From the NCBI GenBank assembly GCA_963789955.1, contig CAWBMV010000034.1:160001-224000 (forward strand): a stretch of DNA of 64,000 bases, given 5' to 3'. Positions within the stretch are counted from its first letter, which is position 1. Each line of letters starts with the position of its first letter. A program made the translations under genes and the position numbers. Origin of the DNA: an uncultured Candidatus Rokubacteria bacterium (GTDB lineage Bacteria; Methylomirabilota; Methylomirabilia; Rokubacteriales; CSP1-6). Shown here one piece after another: positions 54,257-64,000 of this stretch. The notes under the pieces are model-generated. The model was not told the DNA's origin. It did no database searches and saw nothing but the letters and a program-made list of their open reading frames with translations.

Positions 54257-57200
54257 CTAGAGCTCGTCCAGAGCTCGTCGATCAGCCAGGTCGTCGGCTT
54301 CATCGTCGGCATCGCTTCCAGCTCGCCGCCGGCATCGCGGCGATCGGCGCGGACGCCGCCGACGCTCGCGCCCGCCTCCGTCGAGCGGCAGCACGTCGCC
54401 AGCAGGTAGTCGGCGAGCGCCTGGAGGGTCGGGTAGTCGAAGAGCAGGGTGGCCGGCAAGCTCCGCTCGAGCCGAGCTGCCTTGCCGAGCGCGTTGCGCA
54501 GCTCCACCGCCATGCAGGGAGTCGAGACCGAGCTCATCGAGGACGGCTGCGGCTCGATCCACGGTGGCGGCGTCGAGCCCGAGGCCTCTGGCGATCTGCT
54601 CTCGCACCTCTCCGAGCACGATCGCGCCGGCGATGTCCGGCGGGAACGCCTCGGCAGACGATCTCGCAGGTCGTGGCGGGAGGCCGCGTCGCGGGCGTCT
54701 GCGCGCAGCTCGACCTCCCGCGCACGGACGCGCCAGATCGGACAGGCGTCGAGGAACGCCGCGCCGGACAGGCCACCGATATACCGGCGGCCAGTCGATC
54801 GGGAAGACGCCGACCTGGCGGCGGGGCCTGCATCATCAGGCGCTGCCAGCGCTTCCAGACCAGCTACGCGGCGGGATCGGTCGACATGCCGCGGGCCTCG
54901 AGACGCGCGATCACGTCGCGGTCGGCGGCGGCGCCGATTTCGCCCCACGGTCCCCAGTTGATGCTGAGCGCCGGGCAGCCCCTGCGCAGCGCGGTCGTGC
55001 GCGAGCGCGTCGAGGAACGCGTTGGCCGCCGGCGTGATTCGCCTGTCCCGGCGAGCCCAGGAGCGAGGCGACGGAAGAGAAGAGCACGAAGAAGTCGAGC
55101 GGCAGCAGCGCGCGTTCGCTCGTGCAGCAGCCAGGCTCCGTCCACCTTGGGCCCGAAGACCGTCGCGAAACGCTCCCAGGCTTGCTGGAGCAGGACACCA
55201 TCGTCCAGGACTCCGGCGCCGTGGATGATGCCGCGCAGCGCTGGGCCCGAGGCGTCGATGTCGCGCAGGATTTTCTCGACGTCGGCCGCGCGCGAGACAT
55301 CTCCCTGAACTACCGTGATGCGCGCACCGTCGGCCTCGAGCGCACGCAGCATCGCGCGGACGGCGTCGGTGGCCGGTCGCCGGCCCACGAGCGTGAGGTG
55401 CCGCGCACCCCGCTCCACCATCCACGCCGCGAGGCGCACGCCGAGCCCGCCGAGGCCGCCCGTCAGAAGATAGGACGCGTCGGCGCGGAACCGCAGGCCG
55501 TCGGCCGCCGCGGGGGCGACAGGAGGCTGGCTCACCACGATCTTGCCGATGTGACGGCCGTGCGCCATGTACTGGAACGCGCTCGCAGCCCGATCCATGG
55601 CGAACGTCCGGAACGGCAGGGGCGCGAGGCGCCCGGCCCGGACCTCGTCCATCAGGCTGGCGAGCATGGAGCCGATGAGGGCCGGTTCCTCGCGCGCGGC
55701 TTCGCCGATGTCGATCGCGAAGTACGCTCGGCCTTCGCCGAGCCTCGCGCGTTCGTGGTCGGAAAGCACAGCGGCCTTGCCGATCTCGAGGAAGCGGCCG
55801 CCGTCGGCGAGTACAGAAAGACTGGCCGCGGCCATTTCGCCCGCCAGAGAGTTGAGGACGACGTCAACGCCTCGACCACCCGTGCGGCTCATCACCTCGC
55901 CGGCGAAGTCGGTGGACCGGGAGCTCATCACGTGCCGGACGCCGATCGACTCCAGATAGCGACGCTTCTCCGGCGTTCCCGCGGTCGCGAAGATCTCGGC
56001 ACCGCGCTGGCGGGCGATCTGCACCGCGGCCAGACCGACGCCGCCGGCGGCGGAATGGATGAGCACGGTCTCGCGGGCGCGCAGCCGACCCAGGTGGACC
56101 AGGGCGTAGTTCGCGGTCAAGAAGGCCACCGGCACGGTCACCGCAGCCTCGAATCGAAGCGCGGCAGGCTTGGCGACGACGAGCTCCGCCCGCGTCGTTG
56201 CGTAGCGCGCGAAGCTCGTTGGTACGAGGCCGACGACCTCGTCGCCGCGCCGCAACGTGGTCACGCCGGCGCCGACGCTCGCGACGACACCAGCGCCCTC
56301 GCTGCCGAGCGGACCCGCATCACCAGGGTAGAGGCCGAGCGCGTTCAGCACGTCTTTGAAGTTCAGACCGGTCGCGCGCAGTTCGATCTCCACCTCGCCG
56401 GGTCCGGGGGCGCGGCGGGTCCCTGAGCGGCGGACCAGCGTGTCGAGGGCGCCGCGCTCGCCGATCTCCAGATGGAAAGGCATCGCGGCCTCGGTGGCGT
56501 CGCGCCGTGCGAGCAAAAGCTGCGGACGGCGCACCAGTCGAGCGACGTGCCGGCGGCCGCTCCGGAAGCCGACGCGATCGTCCAGGCCGTCGAGACGGAT
56601 GGTGTGGTGCAGGCGCTCGATCTCGTCGGGAGCCGCCTCCGGATCGAGGTCGATGCACGTACATCTGAGCTCCGGATGCTCCTGCGCGATGACGTTCCCG
56701 ATGCCCCAGAGCGGCGCCTGGGCGCTTGTGAGCTCACCGGGCTCGACCGGCTGCGCGCCGCGAGTCACGACCCACAGCCGCACCGGCCCACCGGGTGTCG
56801 CCTTCGCGAGAGCCTGGACCAGGCTGACGAGGCTGCCGCAGGCGCGTCGCTCGAAGGCCTGGAGCTGGTCCAGGGTCATCGTGTCGGCGGGCGGCATCTC
56901 GAGCGCGGCCAGGTGGACCACATGGCGGCAGGGCGGCAGCCGCCAATCGCCGACCGGGGCCGAGCTCACGACCACCGCGTGGTCGCCCGCGGAGCGAACG
57001 CGGTCGGCGAGTCGCGTCGCCTCGGCGTCCGCTCCGACGATGAGCCAGGTCTCGGCGGTCGAGGCCGGCACGGCGGAGGGCGCGCGGCCGAAGATCACCG
57101 TCTGCCATCCATCGCCCTCGCCGTGCTCGGGCTCGGGCACCGCGCCTGCGTCGACGAACCCGAGCTCGCTGAGCAGCGCGAGCCATCGCGGCCGCGAAAG

Positions 57201-60200
57201 CAGCGGGTACGCAGGGCGCAGGGCGGTGTCTGTGAATCGCCACCATCCGTCGGTCAGCCCGAACGTCAGGTCGACCCACCGCAGGGGCTTGGTGCCCTCG
57301 AGCATGACCAGCAGGCCGTCGTCGGCGAGAAGCTCGCGCACGTGGGTCAGCGTCTGACGCAGGTCGCGGGTCGCATGGATCACGTTGGCCGCCAGGACGA
57401 TGTCGAAGCGGCGCCCCTCGAAGCCCTGCGCGCGAGGAGTGTTCTCGATGTTCAGGGTCTCGTACCGGAGGAACGGATATCGCGCGAAGGTGCGGCGGGC
57501 CCGCGCCGTGAACGCCGCCGACACGTCGGTGAACACGTAGTCGGTCCGGTCGCCCGGCAAGACCGGAAGCACCCACGTCGTCGTCGATCCGGTGCCGGCT
57601 CCGATCTCCAGCACGCGCAGCGGACGGTTCCCGGGGAACCGTGCGACCGCCGAGGCGATGATGTCCCGCGTCACGCCGTTGTTGAACTGCGTGAACGGCG
57701 CCTCGCGGTACAGACGCTCGACCGGCTCGAACGAGCCGTCAGGGAACAGCAGCTGAAGGGGATCGGACGCACCGCGCAGCACGGCGGCGAGACTCTCGGC
57801 GCACCGAGCCGTGATCTCGATCTGCGCGACAGACTCGGGGAACGCCGCCATCAGCGACGCGACGGACACCGCGCCATCCGGCTCGAGCGTGCGCTCGACC
57901 ACCCAGTCTCCATCGCGACGCGTCAGGTACTGCGCCTCGGCCAGGATCTCGAGCAGCCGGCCGAAGAGGCGACGGTGCTGCGGCACGACCCCGAGCGTCT
58001 CGGCGAGGGCTGTTGCGGTCACGTGCTGACCCGGACGCGGCTGCCATCCGAGCTGGGCGAACGCGCGAACCACGTAGGAGACCGCCAGCGCTTCCAGGCG
58101 GGCCAGGAAGCGCCGGAAGCCCTCGAGGCCATGGCGTGCGGCCAGGGCCTCGAGACCCGGTCGCACGGCGATACCGACACCGTCGCCGCGTGGCCCTGCG
58201 GTGTCGCCGGCTTCCGCCGCGTCCGCCACCCACATGGTCTCGTAGAACCAGTCCGGTGAGGCTCCGGTCGTTCGCCGAAACGCCTCCGCCGTCACGGCGC
58301 GGAGACGGAGGTCGATCACCTCGGCGACCGGCACGTCGTGCTCGTCCAGGATGCGTACGTCGGCTCGCAGCGTGTGGTCCCGGACCTCTCCGTGCACCCG
58401 GGCGCGAGCGCGGAGACGCGGCGTGAGTCTTCCCAGCAGACGGAAGCTGGCCATGGACAGGGGAAGATGGACGCGAGGCTCTGACGGCTTGCTGCCTGGT
58501 GCGATCGCGGCAACGACCTGCAGGCACGCGTCGAGGAGAGCCGGGTGCACGAGATAGGTCGCGTCGTCGTTGGCCAGGACCTGGGGCCGCTGGACCTCGC
58601 CGAGCGCTTCGCCGTTCCCGACCCACAAGCGGGTGAGGCCACGGAACGACGGCCCGTACTCGAGTCCGGTGTTGGTGTAGCGCGCGTACTGGGGTTCGAC
58701 GGCGACCTCGGTCAACCCATGCGGCGTCGGCGTGCCGTCCGGCGAGACGGCCGTCTCCGGCGCGAGGACGGGATTGCGGACGACGCGGCCCGTCGCGTGA
58801 AGCACCCAGGTGACCGACGCGCCCGTCTGGTCGTTCCTCGACACGAGCCGGAACGGCGCCGACGCCGAGCCGGTCGGCTCGACGAGAAGCTGCACGATCC
58901 GCGCGCCCTCGCCGGGAACACGCAGCGCGTCGACGATCGCGAGATCCTCGATCTGGACCGCGGCCGTGCCGAACACATGCTGGGCCGCGGCGAGCGCCAT
59001 CTCGACATACGCGGTCGCCGGCAGCACGACCTCGCCGAAGACTCGGTGGTCCGACAGGAAGGGCGCGCTGTCGACGGAGAGGCGCTGTTCGAACACGACT
59101 TCCGTGAGGGCCGGCGAGTGCAGGCGAGCCCCGAGTAACGGATGCGTGCCCTCTGTCGCGCCTGCCTTCGCCGCGACGATCTCTCGCGGGGTCGAGGCGG
59201 TCGGCGTCACCCAGTACCGCTTCCGCTGGAACGAGTAACCCGGAAGCTCCACGCGCCGACGGCGGCCGCCCGCCACACGCTCCCAGTCCAGCTCGGCTCC
59301 GTGGGCGTACAGCGCCGCGGCACTCTCCAGCATCTGCCGCCACTCGTCGCGACCGGGTCTCAGCGACGCGACCCAGAGCCCGTCGCCCGCGCGCGACCCG
59401 AGTGCGGTCAACGTCACGCCTGGCCCGACTTCTACGCAGGCCGAGCAGCCCTGGGCAAGGAGCGATTGCACCGCCGCCTGGTACTGGACCGTCGCGCGGG
59501 CCTGGCGGCGCCAGTACGTCGCGTCGACCGCCGACGTCACGGCGGTGCCGGTGAGCGTCGAGATCCAACCCAGACGCGGCGGCCGATTCTTCACCGTCGC
59601 GGCGACTTGCTCGAGCTCATCGAGGACGGGATCCATCAGCGGCGAGTGGAACCCGTAGCCGGTTTTCAGGCGTCGAGCCCGTCTCCCCGCTGCCTCCAGC
59701 TCGCCGATCACGGCGGCCACCGCGTCATCCGTTCCGGCGATGACCACCTGCTCATGTCCGTTGACCGCGGCGATGGAGACCGCATCGGCTCGCGCTGCCA
59801 CGGCGTTCGCCACCTCCTCGAGCGGAGCGAAGACGGCGGCCATCTCGCCGCCGGCGGCGCGCTCCTCCATGAGCCGCCCACGCGCTGCGATCAGCCGCAT
59901 CGCGTCGCCGACCTCCAGGGCGCCCGCGACACACGCGGCGGCGTACTCGCCGACGCTGTGCCCCAGCACCCACGCCGGCTCGATCCCCCATCCGCGCCAG
60001 ACCGATGCCACGGCGTATTCGACGGCGAACAGCGCCGGCTGGGCCTCTGCCGTACCCGCGAGCGCCTGACTCTGTCCGCGCAATACCGCGGCCACGCCCG
60101 GCGCGAGTGTCGATCCCAGCGCTGCCGCGCACTCTTCGAGTGCCGCCCGAAACGCCGGCTCGTGCGCGATGAGGTCGGCGCCCATCCCGGCGTACTGAGC

Positions 60201-61847
60201 GCCCTGTCCGGGGAACAGAAACGCCACCGGCAAACGGCCCTTCGCCACACCCTCGAAGGTGCCCGGCACGGCTTGCCCATCGCCGTACGCGCCGAGTGCC
60301 GTGGCCGCCTCGTCCCGCGTTCGCACGACCCACGCGACCCGCCGCGCCATTCCGCTGCGCGCGGTCGTGGCCGTGAAGCACACGTCACCGAGATCGTCCG
60401 CTGTGGATGTCGTTAGGTGCGTCGACCACCGAGCGGCCAGCTCGCGCAGCGCCGTGTCGTCCTTGGCGCTCACCGCTAATAGGTGACCAGGTCTCTTGGC
60501 CGCCGCTCGATGTTCGACGGCGGGTGCCTCCTCGAGGACGACGTGCGCGTTCGTGCCGCCCATGCCGAACGAGCTCACGCCGGCGCGACGGGGCGTGAGC
60601 CCGCGCGGCCACTGGGTGAGCCGGGTGTTGACGAAGAACGGGCTGGTGGCGAAGTCGATCTGCGGATTGGGGGACTGGAAGTTCAGGCTGGGCGGGAGCA
60701 TCCCGTGCTCGAGCATGAGCACGGTCTTGATGAGCCCGGCCACCCCGGACGCGACGTCGAGGTGCCCGAAGTTCGACTTGGCCGTCCCGAGCGCGCAGAA
60801 GCCGGTGCGTTGCGTGTGCGCGCGAAACACCTGGGTGAGCGCGGCGATCTCGATCGGATCGCCCTGCCGCGTTCCGGTGCCGTGGGCCTCGACGTAGCCG
60901 ATCGTCTCCGGGCGGACGCCGGCGTTGGCGAGCGCCTCGGCGATTACGGCCGCCTGACCCTTCACGCTGGGCGCCGTGTAGCCGACCTTCAGCGCGCCGT
61001 CGTTGTTGATGGCCGAGCCCTTCAAGACAGCCCGGATCCGATCGCCGTCGGCGAGCGCGTTCGCCAGAGGCTTGAGCACGACGACCCCGACCCCGCGTCC
61101 GAACACCGTGCCGTTCGCCGCCGCGTCGAACGGCCGGCAATGGCCGTCTGGCGAGAGCATCATGCCCTCGTCGTACAGATAGCCCACGCGTTGGGGCAGG
61201 TAGATCGAAACGCCGCCGGCGAGCGCCACGTCGCACTCACCGCTGAGCAGCGCCTGGCGAGCGAGGTGGACGGCGACCAGCGAGCTCGAGCACGCCGATT
61301 GCACCGTGAGACTCGGGCCGCGAAGGTTCAGCTTGTACGACACGCGGGTGGAGAGGAAGTCGCTGTTGTTCGCGACGATCAAGGGAAGGTTGCCGCCCGC
61401 GAGGACGAAGCTTTCCAGGTTCATATCGGAGCGGAGGTGGCGCATGAAGTACGTGCCCAACGACTCCGTCGCGTAGACGCCGACCGATCCCGGGCATGCG
61501 TACGGCGGATAGCCCGCGCCCTCGAGCGCCGCCCAGGCGCACTCCATGAATACGCGTGCCTGCGGGTCGATCGTCTCGGCTTCCTTGGGGCTGTAGCCGA
61601 ACAGGCCGGCGTCGAACATCTCGACGCCGTCGAGCATCGAACAGGCCTTGACATACCGCGGATCCCGGATCAGCTGAGGATCGACGCCCTCGGCGAGCAG
61701 CACGGCATCCGAGAGGATCGTGATCGATTCGACGCCGTCCCGGAGGTTGTCCCAGTACGTGCGTAGATCGGGCGCGCCCGGGAAGCGGCCGGCCATCCCG
61801 ATGACGGCGACGTCGAGCTCGTCCTCGCGCCGCTCGTCACTCGACAT
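54257..61847 (-). CDS. PKS module 1: hybrid-type KS-AT-DH-cMT-ER-KR-ACP (intact to about 55100; C-terminus frameshifted, end approximate)
   Basis: [117 protein letters not shown]. Confidence 0.92.
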
Positions 61848-64000
61848 CGTGAGCCTGCTCCTCGCGGTCGCGGCCGGACGCGGGCCGGGCGCGACGCGTC
61901 GCCCGCGAGCGGCGAGCCGCTCCGCGGCGATCGGCCTCGTCCGTCTCGGCCGGCCGAGGCTCGGCGCCGGCGCCGAGGCGGGCCGCCAAGGTCGCAACCG
62001 TCGGATGCTCGTAGAGGTCGGTGAGCGCCACGTCCCGGTTGAGCGTCTCGCTCAGTCGGCGACCCAGCTGTGCGATACGCAGCGAATCGCCGCCGAGGTC
62101 GAAGAAGTTGTCGTCGACGCCGATCGTGGCCAGCTCCAGCACCTCGCGCCAGATCGAAGCCACGACACGCTCCAGCTCCGTCCGCGGTGCGATCGAAGCC
62201 TCCGGCTTGCCCACCTTGCGCAGCGCATCGCGATCGAGCTCGCCGGCGGGCGTTCGCGGGACGTGACCGATCTTGACGCCGGGACACGTGGTCGCGGTGC
62301 CGAAGTCGTCCGGCAGCGTGTCCGGTGACGGAAGCTCCATGGGCTGGACCGTCGGCCCCCCGAGGTATGCGCGGAGTGTGCAGGCCCCGGCCCGGCCGCC
62401 CTGCAGATACGAGCGGATGTGCCGGCTGCCCTCGTCGAGGCCCACGAGCACGTGTCCCGGCGGCTGCGCCAGGCTGACCTCGAGGGCACGCAGCGCGTCT
62501 TGCGCCGTGAGAGCCCGGTAGCCCCGAGCCCGGGCCAGATCCTTCTTCTTGTAGCCGCGACTCATTCCGCGCTCGTCCCAGAGACTCCAGGCAACGCTGT
62601 AGCTGTTCATCGAGCCCGCCGCGCGCTGGTATTGCGCGAAGCTGTCGAGAAAGGCGTTGGCCGCCGCGTACGCCCCGACGCCAAAGCCGCCGAACTGCCC
62701 GTTCACCGAGGACGACCCGATGAAGATGGCGCGGGGTCGCTCGGCGAGTAGCTCGTGGACCGCCCAGGTGCCGCCGACCTTCGCGCGCCCCAGCTCCTTC
62801 AGACTCTCGCGGGTCTCGTCGACCAGCGGACGCTCGGCGTACGCGCCCGCCTGGTGGATGACTCCGTCCAGCTCGCGGCCCCATTCGCGGCACGTGCGCT
62901 CGACTGCCGCTTTCAGCGCGGACGCATCGCACACGTCGACTGCCTCGTATCGAAGCCGGGTACCCAGTGCCTCGAGGCTCCGGTACGTCGCGATCCGATC
63001 CGCCACCGAGTCGTCGAGAGTCTGCGGCGACAGGGTGTGTGGTTGCGGCAGCGCCGTCCGACCCACGAGAAGGACGCTGGCCTCGTACTCCTCGATCAGG
63101 TGCCGGGCGATCACGGCACTCACGCCGCCGAGGCCGCCCGTCAAGACGTACAGGCCGCGGTGCTTGAACGGTCGCGCTCCCGGGGGCGCGACCGCGACGC
63201 GCTCGAGACGGCCAACGTGGCGGTCACCGCCGCGATAGGCCACTTCGGGATCAGACGATCCTGCTCCCATCTCGAACAGGACTCGGGCCGCATCCTCGAT
63301 CGACGCCGGTATCGGCAGATCGAGGTGTCGCACGGTGAGCGAAGGAATCTCCTGACGCGCGGTTCTGAGCAGCCCCAGCAGTGCGCCCGATTCGGGCGCG
63401 ACGACCTCGTCGGCGGCCACGGCCTGCGAGTGGCTCGACACGACCAGCAGCCGCGCCGCCATCCGACGCCGCGCGAGCGCTTGCACCATGAAGAGCGCGC
63501 TCGTGGTCGCCCGGTCCACCGCCTCCTCGAGATCCCGTACACTCGTGAAGCGCCGAGCGGATGCCGGGTACGTCCAGAGATGCACGACGTCGTACGCCTC
63601 GGTGTCGGATGCCGGCAGCTCCTCTAGAAGGCGGTCGTAGTCTCGAGGATTCTCGGCATCGATCCGATAGCCGTCCGTGTCGCGCGCGAAGCGCGCGCCC
63701 CGGACCACCCGTATGGGGGCCTTGTCGATGGACGCGAGCTCGGCGCAGAGGCGATCGCCGAGTCCGGCCTCGTCGACGAGAACGAGCGGTCGCGGGCCGA
63801 TCGATTGGTCCCGGCGCGTCGCGGCCCGTCTGCGCCACACGAGCCGATGCACGGAGGACGCGGAGTCGGTCGCGGCGTCGGCGGGAGAGCCGGCGCGCAG
63901 CTCGCCGCGCTCGAAGCGCTGGCGCAGCTCGGCACGCTGGATCTTTCCGATCGATGTCTTGGGGATGTCGGCTCGGCTCACGGGAACGAGATGCTGCGGG
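61837..64000 (-). CDS. Alpha-keto-acid-type NRPS module, C-terminal part: (A)sub-KR-pseudoAsub-T (runs off right edge)
   Basis: IPKTSIGKIQR; KR TGGLGG, SSVNGQFGG..GAYAAAN; post-KR VPRTPAGELDRDAL; T FFDLGGDSL; Arg-rich tail. Confidence 0.85.
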   Translation of the reverse strand, partial: PQHLVPVSRADIPKTSIGKIQRAELRQRFERGELRAGSPADAATDSASSVHRLVWRRRAATRRDQSIGPRPLVLVDEAGLGDRLCAELASIDKAPIRVVRGARFARDTDGYRIDAENPRDYDRLLEELPASDTEAYDVVHLWTYPASARRFTSVRDLEEAVDRATTSALFMVQALARRRMAARLLVVSSHSQAVAADEVVAPESGALLGLLRTARQEIPSLTVRHLDLPIPASIEDAARVLFEMGAGSSDPEVAYRGGDRHVGRLERVAVAPPGARPFKHRGLYVLTGGLGGVSAVIARHLIEEYEASVLLVGRTALPQPHTLSPQTLDDSVADRIATYRSLEALGTRLRYEAVDVCDASALKAAVERTCREWGRELDGVIHQAGAYAERPLVDETRESLKELGRAKVGGTWAVHELLAERPRAIFIGSSSVNGQFGGFGVGAYAAANAFLDSFAQYQRAAGSMNSYSVAWSLWDERGMSRGYKKKDLARARGYRALTAQDALRALEVSLAQPPGHVLVGLDEGSRHIRSYLQGGRAGACTLRAYLGGPTVQPMELPSPDTLPDDFGTATTCPGVKIGHVPRTPAGELDRDALRKVGKPEASIAPRTELERVVASIWREVLELATIGVDDNFFDLGGDSLRIAQLGRRLSETLNRDVALTDLYEHPTVATLAARLGAGAEPRPAETDEADRRGAARRSRATRRARPASGRDREEQAHDVE

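Overview
High-GC bacterial window, probably from a long-read assembly with many 1-bp indels. The lineage is not determinable from sequence alone. Bases 1-12.4 kb are housekeeping and envelope genes: an Ldh_2 oxidoreductase tail, an APC permease, a corA remnant, a dispersed MurNAc/peptidoglycan salvage set (BadF-type kinase, nagZ, namZ, murQ), mlaC, DUF429, small secreted proteins and an IlvD/Edd sugar-acid dehydratase. There are three sigma54-type promoters and several apparently leaderless genes. Bases 12.5-64 kb (minus strand, open at the right edge) hold a translationally coupled cis-AT PKS/NRPS assembly line with one module per protein. In transcription order: keto-acid-type (A)-KR-T; KS-AT-DH-cMT-ER-KR-ACP; KS-AT-cMT-ACP; KS-AT-DH-cMT-ER-KR-ACP; KS-AT-DH-cMT-KR-ACP; KS-AT-DH-KR-ACP; C-A(Leu-like)-T; C-A(Gly)-T; KS-AT-KR-ACP; C-A(Gly)-T-TE; then a SyrD/PvdE-type exporter. 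The most unusual features are docking and carrier signatures suggesting non-colinear or iterative use of the last PKS module, a Cys-nucleophile TE with an atypical triad, a YGFH acyltransferase, and His-for-Tyr ketoreductases.
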